A stretch of 64,000 nt of DNA from Glaucostegus cemiculus. Its lineage: Eukaryota. The notes below the pieces were generated by a model that saw only the letters and a list, made by a program, of their open reading frames with translations, was not told where the DNA came from and did not search any database. The translations under genes were made by a program, and so were the position numbers. The DNA lies in NCBI GenBank assembly GCA_976551045.1, contig CDPCPM010000028.1, positions 13,764,001 through 13,828,000 of the forward strand, written 5' to 3'. This document shows positions 52,054-64,000 of this stretch, one piece after another (the first letter of the stretch is position 1; every line of letters starts with the position of its first letter).

Positions 52054-52199
52054 ATATTACATCCGTACAGAAGCTGAGCTAACAATGATTAAACTCAGTC
52101 AATTTAGAGTTATGCAGCAAGGTAACAGGCCTTTATAACAGGCCTATATTACATCCGTACAGAAGCTGAGCTAACAATGATTAAACTCAGTCAATTTAG
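52054..52199. repeat. perfect 54-bp direct repeat flanking a 38-nt CR1/SINE tail fragment
   Basis: 52054-52107 is identical to 52146-52199. Confidence 0.9.
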
Positions 52200-52904
52200 G
52201 CAAAGCTGCATCTTATCTGAGGGAAAAGCTGTACAAGTTCATAAAAAAAATGAAAATATGAAACAGAGATTGCCATGCAAATATGGCATGAAGAGCACAT
52301 CCATAAAAGAAAATAAAATGCTCCAAAATATTAACAGAGTTTCTCTCCACCGATGCCATATACTTTTTTTTATATTCCCTCTTCAAATGTGGGCATATCT
52401 AGCATTAATTGTCAAGACACAAATGCCCCTTGAAAAGATAAGCTCGCTGTGCTATTTCAGGTAGCAATGAAAAGCCAATCAAATTGCTTTTGCTCTTTTA
52501 ACCAGACATAAACTAGAATAAGTAAGGACAGTTTTCCTTGCCAAGGGACACTCATGATCACCTTCCAAAAGAAATATTGATGGCAGTCCAGACGTCTCAA
52601 CCTTTTTGTCTCTGGATTATCAATCCAATTTATGGATCATAGATCTTTAACTTAATCATTGTGCAACTGTTTAGCATTGTCAATGGTGTTTATTTCAGAC
52701 TTCCTGCTAAGTGAAGTTCTCTATGAAGAGTTCATGAAAAGCTTCTTTGACAATTCATTCCCTTAGCAGATGGGCATTCACATTCCAGCAAGTCTTCAAA
52801 AGCAGCAATTATGGGCCGCATCAACATGAAATGAAAAACACAACACCTGGCAATGGGTGCAAGGAACACATCATAATATAACTTTTATTTGCGACTGAAC
52901 TTAG

Positions 52905-54015
52905 AGATTACACAGCGGTGCAACAGTTAGTGCTGCTGTCTCAAGGGACCCGAGATCAATCCTGCACTACCATAGAACCATAGAACAATACAGCACAAAA
53001 CAGGCCCTTCGGCCCACCAAGTTGCGCCATCCTTCAAACATCTCACAATTTAACTCCTTCCTCCCACATACCCTACTATTCCACATTCTTCCATGTGCCT
53101 ATCTAACAATCTCTTGAACCTGTCCATCGTATCTGCCTCTACTACCACCCCAGGCAGCGCATTCCATGCACCAACCACTCTCTGGGTGAAAAACTTCCCT
53201 CTGACATCTCCCCTCAACTTTCCACCCAATATCTTAAAGCCATGCCCTCTTGTCTTGTGCATCTGTGCTCTGGGAAAGAGGCGCTGGCTGTCAACTCTAT
53301 CTGTTCCTCTCAATATCTTATACACCTCTATCAAGTCTCCTCTCATCCTCCTCCTCTCCAACGAGTAGAGCCCTAGCACCTTAAGCCTCTCCTCATATTC
53401 CATACCCTCTAATCCAGGCATCATCCTGGCAAATCACCTCTGCACCCTCTCCAACGCCTCCACATCCTTCCTATAATGCGGCGACCAGAACTGAACACAA
53501 TATTCTAAGTGCGGCCTAACTAGAGTTTTGTAAAGCAGCATCATCACCTCTCTGCTCTTGAACTCAATCCCACGATTTATAAAAGTTAACATCCCATAAG
53601 CCTTCTTAACTGCCCTAGCCACCTGCGAGGCAACTTTGAGTGAGCTGTGGATATGAACCCCCAGATCCCTCTGCTCCTCTACACTGTCAAGAACCTTGCC
53701 ATTTACCTCATACTCTGCCCTGGAGTTCGTCCTCCCAACTACCCTGCTGGAGTTTGCACTTTGCCCCTGTGACATTGTAGATTCCTGCTCCAGACACTCC
53801 GGTTTCCTCCCACATCCCAAAGACGTACTGGTAGCTTAACTGGTTGCTCTTTAATGTAAAGTGGCAAAGGAATCCGAGAGAAGTTGATGAGCATGAGAGT
53901 GAGAATTGATTGTAGGATTAGGTGGAGAGAGAGGGGAAAGGAAATTGATGGGATTGCTGTGCTGGGAGCTAGCATAGATCTGATGGGTCCAATAGCCTCC
54001 TCCGTCGGTGCAATA
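52905..54015. mobile_element. old + SINE with a young - CR1 (52972-53737) inserted, TSD ACTACC
   Basis: CR1 RPHLEYCVQFWSPHYRKDV..FFTQRVV; TSD at 52966-52971 and 53738-53743; the SINE core resumes at CTCCGGTTTCCTCCCACATCCCAAAGAC. Confidence 0.88.
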
Positions 54016-54124
54016 AAATTCTTAAGGAACAGGTTAGCTCTTAGGGTAATGTGAACAAGTACTATGTCTCACAGTCATGCAGTGTTGGAGCTGATCCTAT
54101 CCTCAGCTGAACACATGCGCAGAA

Positions 54125-54865
54125 AGAACATAAAAAGGAGAAGGCCCCCGCGCCTGCTCCATCATTCACAGATTTCCCTCCATAGATGCTGCCTGACCTG
54201 CTGAGTTCCTCCAGCACTTTTTGTGTGTGTTGCACAGATCATGGCTGATCTTTTATCTCAATGCCACTTTCCTAGACCAATCTCTTAATATCTAAAAGCC
54301 TATCAATCTGTCTTGACTTCACTCAGCATACGAGCCCTCACAGATCCCTTGGATGAGCATTCTAAGGATTCACCACTCTCTGGGTGAAGAGATTTCCCCT
54401 CAGTCATGTCAAGAACAGCTGAGACTGGAGAAACACCTTCTCCACTTCTACCCTGTCCAGCCTCTTAGACATTTTGTATATTTCAATGAGATCATTAAAA
54501 CTTGAGGGCATAGGCTTGGTGTGCTAGCGGTCAGCGTTACACTATTACAGCGCCAGCGACCCAGGTTCAATTCCTGCTGCTGTCTGTAAGGAGTCTGTAC
54601 GTTCTCACTGTGTCTGAGTGGGTTTCCTCCAGTTTCCTCCCACATTCCAAAGACGTAGGGGTTAGGAAGTTGCGGACATGCTACGTTGGCACTGGAAGCG
54701 TGGCAATACTTGCGGGCTACCCCAGAACACTCTATGCAAAAAGATGCATTTCACTATGCATTTCGATGTATATAGGACGAATAAAGATACCTTATAATCT
54801 CTCTTTATCTGACAAGCCCACCATCCCAGGAATTGATCTGATGAACCTTTACTACACGCCCTCTA
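54125..54865. mobile_element. old - CR1 tail with a Penelope-derived piece (54168-54235) and a + V-SINE-like element (54512-54800) nested in it
   Basis: AAGAACATAA..GATCATGGCTGATCT tail; SINE B-box GGTTCAATTCC and Rex1-like tail. Confidence 0.7.
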
Positions 54866-56199
54866 TTACAAAACAAAGCCCCAAAGAAACTGCCAAACTG
54901 ACTCCTGTTCACATTATGCTGAAAACCCTGTGCTTTTGTTTCACCAGCTGAGAATGAGAAACTATTTCCTAACGTGGGGGTGGGAGAGGGTGGTGAGAAA
55001 TAATAGGTTGCGCTGAAGCCCATCAGCCTACACTGAGGAGCAAATTGTCATCTCAGTGGGAACTAAAACAAAAGTACTCTGAATGCAGAATTGCTTGCAA
55101 TCTTAAGTAGCTCCCATTTATTAGGCCAAGGGATCAAAGGTCCTGGAGTAACGAATAGAAAATGAAGTCAAAGTACAAATAAACCATAATCTATTTCAAT
55201 GATAGGGCAGGTTCCCCCTACTGTTGACACCTGTAAAACACATAAACCCGTGCATCTCTCTTTATGTGTATTTATCCAAACCAACCCAGCCCAAGACTAA
55301 AAGCCCAAGACATGCTTGCACGGTGATCAGTGTTCCGGGCTAATGCATCTGCGGGTGGTGAAGAGTCAGAAGGGTGGGGAATGGAGGAAATCAGTGTACA
55401 TTCCTGCATCTGATCAATGGGCTTTGGCAAGTAGAGGTGTGGGGTTAAGCAAGATAATCAACAGTTTTCTACTTGGGCTAACACTTGAACTTGGGGGGGG
55501 GTGGAGGGTAAGTCCCGGGATGCTGCAATATCAATGAGCACTTTCAGGAGAGGAAGGCTACAAATCAGGTGATGCTCAACGAAATGGGGAATCATAATGT
55601 AGGACGACTGTTCTAATCGTAAAATCTATTTATTACATAGAACAAGAAAGTGATAAAGGTATCAGGTACACCTCACGGCAGTATTTCTATGATCAGAGCT
55701 CAGATTTTCAGGCACATTACAGTTATGTGTTGACGTGTTTTTCCACGTAAATAATGCAGCACACCAAAAGTTCCATGAATTAGGCTTGAGCTACGCTGCA
55801 TCCCCTTGAATACCTCGTGTCCAATACATCCCTCAAGTGTTTAACCGACTGTCCTCCAGTACATCACATGCACATGGACAAGGCGCTTGGAATTTTACTA
55901 CAAGAAGCATTCATTGTACTATCAGTGGTATTAGCGATTAATCGGAGAAATCTGACCTGCAAAACCAAAGAGCTCCCATTAAAGTATTTATAGACTTTTT
56001 ACAGGCTGCACTTATACTTTGAGTGCTGACTATATCCTCTAATGTATCTAAGGACAGATCTCCCCCACCCCCCCGGCACTGCAAGCCTAAATGTGCAAAT
56101 GCTGCATCCATGAATTGCTGCGCTTTTTCCTGTGTTTATAAAGCCTTGAAATCAATTAGGCAAATAAGTCTCCTGCAATTCATCACACTGACTGAACCA

Positions 56200-57650
56200 G
56201 ACCCAGGTGCGCAGTGAGCGGCCGCTGCCCCCTCTCCACACCTCAAACCGAAAAAGGCAGGGAGATGCAAAAGGTCGGGACGCAGCTTCCAGGGGGCAAG
56301 TGACAACTCAAAAGCTGACAAACGCAGAACCCGCAAGCTGCATTTAAAACAGAACCACGGGTTTAAGAGGCACCGTTTGCATCCCGTAACTCCCTCCAAA
56401 GGTTTGAGAATTTCCACACTGAAACAGCGTCTCATTCCAATTGTTTGAAGCCGCTGCTGCTGCTCCGGCGTCCGGCCGTTCGCCTCATCCCCAGCAGATG
56501 CAGCAGAACATTTTAATGCCAAACACAGTGAGCACAAACTCAAGCGCCGAGTGATCAAGGGGGAGAGAGAAAAATTATTGATGGGAAGTCCTTCAAATGA
56601 ACGACAAAGCACCGTACCTTTTGGAGCTCTCCGCAGGATCTGACAGCGGCACTTAAAGGAGACAGCTATCATTCTTCCCCCTCAGTCCTCTAGCAGCGGC
56701 CGAGTGCGTTCAAAGCGGTGCTCTGAAGGAATGCAGCAGGAGCCGCTGTGCTCCCGGGGGCAGCCTGCTCCCCGGGGGTGGGACGCCGGGACGGCCGCTC
56801 CAGCGCACACTGAACGCCGGAGAAATCACTGCCCCCCGACGTGCCAAATCCCAATGACAACCGTGACCTGGACGTAACAATGGTGATTCTACATTTCAAA
56901 CGTTTGCCTGTAACATCACGTCCACCAGCAGCCAAGCCTGCGCGGTAATTACCAGATGTTAGTATCTGCTGCCAAGAAGCCGCAATAAATAACTGACCCT
57001 TGTAACTCAAAGGGGTTTTTTTTTGGGGGGGGGGAATGGTCCTCAAATGTTCACATCAGCTGCGAGTCTCCATCGCTGTTCCACTCTCAGCGGCCGGCTT
57101 TGCCAAGGTATCCTAAATGCCTGCAAGGGAAATCTGCATAGCTCATCAGCATACAATCCCGTCAATATTTACTGAGCAGCTTCCGCCCCCTCCGCCGGCT
57201 GATTCCTCCACCGACTTGCCCCGGACCCGTCAGACGCCGCAAGTCCGAGCAGGATTGCAGGAGATTCCCCACCAACGTCCACACCCCATCCCATCCCTGG
57301 GAACAAGTCCCGGAGAAATATTACTAACTCGTTACGCACCAGGTAAGCAAATCGAAATCAAAGCTGCAGGCAGCACGAATGGGAATGAGCCCCCACCCGC
57401 TTCAAGGCGACAGTTTCAGATTTCATTCAGTGCACCGGTGGAGATCCCGTCGCCACTGTGAACATCTGCACAACGTCCGTGGAGTGAGTGTGCCCCAGCG
57501 GCGCACACCCCGGCTGCCCTCCCCACTGTTGCACAGCCCGCAGCTCCTGGGTTTGCGTTAAAAAGGACGGGTTGGTCTTTCAGCGGGCTGATCCGACCTG
57601 ACATTCCACCCTCCTGTCCCCGGTACACCGCCCCCGTAGTGACCCAGCCT
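56200..57650. promoter_or_regulatory. CpG-rich island, 5'UTR and probable promoter of GRIP1 exon 1
   Basis: Sharp rise in GC and CpG (gcggccgc, ccgggacggccgc, ccgccccctccgccgg) in an otherwise CpG-poor window. Repeat-free and surrounds the start codon. GC-box-like CCGCCCC near 57183 and 57628. Confidence 0.75.
56618..56672 (-). CDS. GRIP1: GRIP1 coding exon 1 (GRIP1a-type N-terminus, 55 nt, phase-1 end)
   Basis: Translates MIAVSFKCRCQILRRAPK+G, versus mammalian GRIP1 MIAVSFKCRCQILRRLTKD. In-frame TGA 12 nt upstream of the ATG, A at -3, donor AAG|GTACGG. The rest of ORF 56136-56672 is intron read-through. Confidence 0.95.
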
Positions 57651-57904
57651 GCCACAGAAATAATGTCAGGAAGTCTGCACAGCTCAGTGTGGAGAGGCCG
57701 CAGTGAAAGACTGTACTTTGCTCTCAAAAAAAATCAACTCACAACCTGCCGTTCAATCCCCAGCCACCGAAAGGAACTGGTGGTATTGTATTAAGTGCTC
57801 TCTTGCACAGGTGTGGATCTTAAGAAATTCAGAAATTCTTTAAAAACAGTCAAACGAGGTGGAGGAAACAAATTCAATATCTTAAAATATATAGTCAAGG
57901 AATT

Positions 57905-58520
57905 AAACAACGCGGAAACAGGCCCTTCGGCCCCACTGGTCCTACATTTGCCTGCGTGGGACCCACATCCCTCTAAACCTTCCCTAGCCATCACCTGTCT
58001 AAATGTCTCTCAGACGTTGTAGTTGTAGCCACCTGGTTCCATACACCCATCATCCTGTGTGGAAAAGTTGTCCCTCGGGTCTCATTTAAATCTTGCCTCT
58101 CTCACCCGGAACCTATGCCCTCTAATTTTAGACCCCACTACCACGGGAGAAGACTGACCATTTACCTTGTCTAAGCCCTTCACCATTTTATATACCTCTA
58201 AGGTCACCTCAGTCTCCTACTCTCCAGGGAAAACAGCCCCGATCTATCCAGTCGCTCATAACTCAAGCCATCCAGTCCTGACACACATTCTTTTGTATGG
58301 TTTCTGCACCTTTCCAGCTTAATGACATCCTTCCTATAGCTGGGGGACCAGAACTGCACACAATGCTTGGAGGACAGTCTCACCAACATCTGGTACGAGA
58401 CACGGGAACCCTTGTACTCAATGCCCCTGCTGGTGTGGGTATCATCTTCACCACCCCTATCAACCACTTTCAGGGAACTATGTACTTGTGTCCCGAAGTC
58501 CCTCTATTCCTCAAACACTC
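57905..58520 (-). mobile_element. older CR1 3' part
   Basis: HCVQFWSPSYRKDVIKLER; GGAAACAGGCCCTTCGGCCC tail. Confidence 0.75.
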
Positions 58521-58683
58521 TCCAGGGACCTGCTATTTACTATGTAAAATATGAGGGAACTACAAATGGATTAAACTTGTTCCAGACCAATTATTTACCT
58601 CGAGAAAGCTAATGTACCCTAAATTGATGGAAAGGTGAAGTGAGCATGACCTTGGGGAAGCACAGATGGGGCCGGACAAGTTT

Positions 58684-59003
58684 AACATAGAACATAGATA
58701 CCTACAGCACAATTCAGGCCCTTCGGCCCACAAAGCTGTGCCAAACATGTCCCTACATTATTAGGCTTACCAATAGCCTTCTATCTTATTTACCTCCATG
58801 TACCTATCCAACAGTCTCTTGAAAGACCCTAACGTATCCGCCTCCACCACCATCTCCGGCAGCCCATTCCACGCACTCACCACTCTCTGAGTAAAAAAAC
58901 TTACCCCTGACATCTTGTCTGTACCTACTCCCCAGCACCTTAAACCTATGTCCTCTTGTGGCCACCATTTCAGCCCTGGGGAAAAGCCTCCGACTATCTA
59001 CCC
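58684..59003 (-). mobile_element. young CR1 3' end
   Basis: Near-identical to 26195-26515. Confidence 0.88.
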
Positions 59004-59529
59004 TCTTCAGCTGGGCATCCAGGCACTTTCTAAATGTGGTTCTGTCTCTTACAGGCAGCAACTTCCAGATCCCTAAACCCATCTGGGTAAAAACAAAATC
59101 CTCCTCTCTTCTACCAACTCTGAATCCATTCCCCCTGGTTCTCGACCCCTTGCTACTTTATCTCTGTTTCTCAACATCATGCCACTGAATTAATTCTCCC
59201 CTCTGTCTTCAGTTCCAAAGAAATCAGTCAGAGGCAAACATTTCCAGTCCTGGCAACATCCTATCAAATATCCTCTTCACTCTCTCCAGTGTAACCACAT
59301 TTTTCCTATAAAAGTTACAGCCAGAACTGTACACAGTCTTCAAGCAGTGGCCAAAGAGGTGTTATATACAATTCTAGCATAACTTTCCTGTTCTCAGATT
59401 CTGCATCCTGACTAATAAATGAAAACATCCCATCAAAAATGTGAATCCTTTTGGCTAATTTGGTGTAAATAATTCCATGTGCTTCTCATCCCATTCTCTG
59501 TGTTGTTCAAGATTAATAAATTAAATAAA

Positions 59530-59768
59530 TTTTATTTACAGCATGGTAACAGGCCCTTTCGGCCCGATGAGTCTGCGCCGCCCATTTTAAACCCCCAAAT
59601 TAACCTACCCATAAGTCTTTGGAATGTGGGAGGAAACCGGAGCCCCCAGAGGAAACCCACACAGACACGGGCGAATGTACAATCTCCTTACAGTCAGTGA
59701 CAGGAATCGAACCCTGATTGCTCACGCTGTAACAGCGTCGCGCTAACTGCTACGCTATCGTGCCGCCC
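59530..59768 (-). mobile_element. V-SINE-like element with CR1-like tail
   Basis: Same family as 4525-4765. Confidence 0.85.
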
Positions 59769-60352
59769 TTAAGATTAAATTAATAACTCTGGATCAGTCA
59801 TAGGAACCATATATCTGCTAGTTAAACATTATAATTCTAGATTGACTGCAGGAGTTGTAAAGGAATTGTTAAATGTTGCAACAGTGAATACTAAAAACAT
59901 GGAACGAGAAAAAGCAGCAAAAGCATTGGGTCAAAGTGATGATCACAGGATTAAAAGCTGTTGAGACTATGCAAACTTTAATCTAACTTGAGATGCAAGA
60001 AAATGATGCAATTGCTTGAACCAATATAGTTTTAAACTGCTGGGATTTAATTTTTCCAGTGATAATAATAAGGTAATATTGGATGGGACATTGCAAACCT
60101 GCAGCATCCATTCAGAGAACAACTTAAATTGCAATTACCAGAAGATCACGCATTTCATGAGAAAAATGATAAACTGTAGAAAGTCAGCTTTCCCTCATTC
60201 AGCATAAAGAATATTCATTGGATTTAGTACCATCTTGAAATGTATTAAGAGCCTGTGGGGTCCCATGATGAGCAATCCAAACAAAGGTTTATTCATTTCA
60301 AACCTGCAATAAAATGTCCCAAAGCAGTTCAAAGATTCATTACAAAACAGAA

Positions 60353-61465
60353 ATTGGTATTGGTTTATTATTGTCACTTGTACAGAGGTACAATGAAAAG
60401 CTTGTTTTACAAACTGATCGTACAGGCTAATTCATTACACAGTGCAGTTACATCGTGTTAGTACAGAGTGCATTGAGGTAGTACAGGTAAAAACAGTAAC
60501 AGTAGAGTGAAGTATCACAGCTACAGAGAAAGTGCAGTACAATAAGGTGCAAGGTCACAACAAGATAGATCGTGAGGTCATAGTCCATCTCATTGTATAA
60601 GGGAACCATTCAATAGTCTTATCACAGTGGGGAAGAAGCTGTCCTTGAGCCTGGTGGTACGTGCCCTCAGGCTCCTGCATCTTCTACCCGACGGAAGAGG
60701 AGAGAAGAGAGAATGTCCCGGATGAGTGGGGTCTTTGATTATGCTGGCTGCTTCACCAAGACAGTGAGAGGTATAGACAGAGTCCAAGGAGGGGAGGCTG
60801 GTGTCTGTAATGTGCTGGGCTGTGCCCACAACTCTCTGCAGTTTCTTGTGGTCCTGGGCAGAGCAGTTGCCATACCAAACCGTGATACATCCAGATAGGA
60901 TGCCTTCTACGGTGCATCTGTAAAAGTTGGTGAGAGTCAAAGGGGACAAACGAAATTTTTTTAGCCTCCTGAGGAAGTAGAGGCATGGTTGAGCTTTCTT
61001 GGCTGTGGCTTCTACGTGATTTGACCAGGACAGGCTGTTGGTGATGTTCACTCTGAAGAACATTAAGCTCTCAACCCTCTCGACCTCAGCACCATTGATG
61101 TAGACAGGTGCATGTACACTGCCCCCTTTCCTGAAGTCAATGACCAGCTCTTTTGTTTTGTTGACATTAGGGGAAGGCTGTTGTCATGACACCATTCCAC
61201 TAAGCTCTCTATCTCCTTCCTGTACTCCAACTCATCGCTGTTTGAGATACAGCCTACAAATGGCGGTTTGCAAACTTGGAGTTAGAGCAGAATCTGGCCA
61301 CACAGTCATGAGTGTATAGGGAGTAGAGCAGAGGGCTGAGGATGCAGCTTTGTGGGGCACCAGTGTTGAGAATAATCGTGCCGGAGGTATTGTTGCCTAT
61401 CCTCACTGATTGCGGTCTGTTTGTTAGAAAGTCAAGGATCTGGTTACAGAGGGAGGTGTTGACAC
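60353..61465 (-). mobile_element. Rex1/Babar LINE 3' part (RT to tail)
   Basis: [49 protein letters not shown]; same family as 7853-8678. Confidence 0.9.
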
Positions 61466-61924
61466 CAAGCCAAAAGGCAGAAATATCAGCCCAGAAGTTG
61501 TTAACAGGAATCATGACCTTACAACTTACAGACTGGGTGTGCAAAAAAAAAATACTGCATCAATTTGAGGTGAAAAAGACTCATGATTCACCTTAAATTT
61601 CTGGCCGATTTGTCATTAGCTTTGCTTAAACTGGGAAAACCTCTCACCATGAGTCTCTCCATTATGCACCGTGAAATTGCTCACTAATTAATGTCCCTGC
61701 AGCCATTTCATGCTGATAATTCCCATTGTATAGACAACATTAGTGAGGTGATTTATAGTCCAGATATGCCACACAATCCTGAAGTTGGACACCACCCTCA
61801 AACATTCGGAATCCAACTGCTGAGCTATTAGTGATACTGGACTTAATACTTCACTCCTATTTATATTGCACTTTTCCTCTATTTCCATTTCTTTCTAACC
61901 ACCCTATTTCTTTCTGTTGACAAC

Positions 61925-62175
61925 TTGATAAGATATCTTTATTAGTCACATGCACATTGAAACACACAGCGAAATGCGTCTTTTGTGTAGGGTGTTCTGG
62001 GGGCAGTCCGCATGTGTCGCCACGCTTCCAGCACCTATATTTTTACTGGAGCACCTAGAGGAAACCCACGCAGTCACAGGGAGAATACAAAAACTCCTTA
62101 AAATCAGCTGCTGGAATTGAACCCAGGTCTCTGGCACTGTAATAGCGTTATGCTAACCGCTACACTATTGTTCCT
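61925..62175 (-). mobile_element. V-SINE-like element with Rex1-like tail (internally deleted)
   Basis: Reverse complement of the 945-1247 family. Confidence 0.8.
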
Positions 62176-62309
62176 GCCCAGCAGTGCACTATGAAACCAC
62201 TGGCTGAAGGTAAGCACTATCAAGTCCATTATCATTTTATATTTTTGACAATAAATGCAGTAAAAATATAGGACCGAAGAGCCAGACAAACAATCCAGTT
62301 CAGGACCTG

Positions 62310-62485
62310 ATAGAGATATATAAAATTATAAGAGGCATAGATGGGCTAGATAGTCAAAATATTTTCCCAAGGTAGGAATATCAAAAACGAGAAGGCATGG
62401 TTTTAAGGTGACAGGAAGGAGCTTTAAAGGGGATCTGATGGGTAAGTTTTTACATGGAGAGTGGTTGGTATCTGGAACACACTGC
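62310..62485 (+). mobile_element. CR1 fragment
   Basis: DLIEIYKIIRGID..RRHGFKV..RVVGIWNTL. Confidence 0.7.
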
Positions 62486-63499
62486 AATCAAGCCATTGAG
62501 GCCCTTGTCCTGACACTCAACGAAACCATAGCTGCCTGTGATCTAATGTTATATGCCTGCATTTAGCTCTCCTCCCTCTAGTGTCTTAGGTGCATAAAAT
62601 TCATGATAAGTGAACCATCCGCCAGCATCTATTGGTAATTCTGGGACGGAGTCCCAAATTTCCACCACCCTCCTTTATGTACAAGTCCATGCGCAATTGC
62701 TAAGAGCTGATCTCAACACAAATTGCCTTCACAACTTGAATCAAATAATTTCTCATCCTTCGGACTATCAGAGAACTCATTCCTGGTTTGCGTAATCCTT
62801 TTTCCCTTTAATCCCCCAACTATCTTTCTATTAAATCTACATTGCACTCAAGGCCAATAAATTCTTCCTCAAGCATGGTACTACAACTGCTCAGTTGACA
62901 TAATCTCAGGTTATTCTGACATAATCTCAGGTTTCATACATGTGCAGCACACCTCTACCGCCTCATAATGAAGTCCTCCAGTATTCATTCTGCTTCCATA
63001 TGTTTTGTACCCTATCCATGTGATGAATATGATTCATGTATGTGGAGCCCCCTTGTCGGCAGATTTTCACCATTCTGAAAGCATGGCATTCTTTTCAAAG
63101 GACAAAGTGGACAACCTCATCATCTTTCACTGAAAACCAATTCACTGTCGTTTTGCTCATGAACTCATTTTATGAATAACTTGGAAGAATGAATCCATCT
63201 ACTCTCTTCCAAAAATTCCAATTATCTTTGTTTCATTGGCAAACATTAATATGCCCTTCTATTCCCATCATTCAAGTCATTAGTACAGTGAATAATTGTA
63301 GCCCCAAACTGGATCCGAGCAGGATACCATTTGTCACATCCTGCCAATTTGAGCACCAACTCAATATCTCTAATCTGTCATCCACCAGCCAGTCATTTTC
63401 CTAGCTGGGTCAATTAAATGCTTTCCGTTCCATGAGCTGAGCTTCAGCAAAGTCCCCCCGAGAGATTTCATGAAATACTTCTGTAAATTCACATGCATT

Positions 63500-63785
63500 T
63501 AAGAGATCTTTATTAGTCACATGTACATCAAAACACACAGTGAAACACATCTTTTGCATTGTGATTTTGGGGGGCAGCCTGCAAGTGTCGCCACGCTTCC
63601 GGTGCCAACATAACATTCCCATAACTTCTTAACCTGTACATCTTTGGAATGTGGGAGGAAACCAGAGCACCCGAAGGAAACCCACAGACATGGGGAGAAC
63701 ATACAAACTCCTTACAGACAGTGGCCGTGATTTGAACCCGGGTCACTGGCGCTGTAAAGCGTTGTGCTAACCACTATGCTACCAT
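63500..63785 (-). mobile_element. V-SINE-like element with Rex1-like tail
   Basis: Reverse complement of the 945-1247 family. Confidence 0.85.
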
Positions 63786-64000
63786 TCCTTACGGACTACT
63801 TTTGCAATCTTCTCAAAAACTCACGATGTCTCCACAACCCCCCCCACACTGCACGATCCTCACTTTACAAATACATCCTGACTCCCTGATTAATTAAAAT
63901 TTGGTGCTGCCTGTTCAATCCAAAATGACTAATTCCCTGACTCTCAATATTGGGCTAAATGACTGAAAAACTCCCTTATTTACCCATCATGTTTTACATA

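Larger units (their letters stand above)
837..56617 (-). other. GRIP1: GRIP1 intron 1 (~55.8 kb, GT-AG, TE-rich)
   Basis: Bounded by the exon 1 donor and exon 2 acceptor with matching phase. Confidence 0.9.

Noticed and set aside
56136-56617. Remainder of the 178-aa ORF after MIAVSFK..APK
   Set aside because: Read-through into intron 1; homology stops exactly at the GT donor.
56690-57461. ORFs of 100-118 aa in the CpG island
   Set aside because: Expected from stop-poor GC-rich sequence; no recognisable domains.
62896-62935. 17-bp tandem duplication TGACATAATCTCAGGTT
   Set aside because: Ordinary micro-duplication inside a decayed CR1.

Overview
Vertebrate (very probably cartilaginous fish, likely a ray or shark, inferred from the repeat families) genomic DNA, not prokaryotic. 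The only host gene is GRIP1 (glutamate receptor-interacting protein 1) on the minus strand. Coding exon 1 (56618-56672, MIAVSFKCRCQILRRAPK) lies in a CpG-rich promoter region and splices across a ~55.8 kb intron to exon 2 (756-836, DEGPYAKSTNQSKAAEGTLAVRRQSIP). The gene continues off the left edge. Almost all other ORFs are retroelement fragments or noise: CR1, Rex1/Babar, RTE and L2 LINEs, Penelope-like elements with decayed hammerhead motifs, V-SINE-like tRNA SINEs and a DeuSINE. I see no convincing new multi-gene system. The most unusual signal is a TSD-flanked patchwork insertion at 32147-32458: a CR1 3' tail joined to four pieces copied from nearby intron sequence, all in GRIP1-transcript sense. 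Other multi-template insertions, SINE tail swapping, an isolated hairpin and a few candidate cassette exons are also noted. Repeat family names come from recognition of motifs by eye, and repeat boundaries are approximate.
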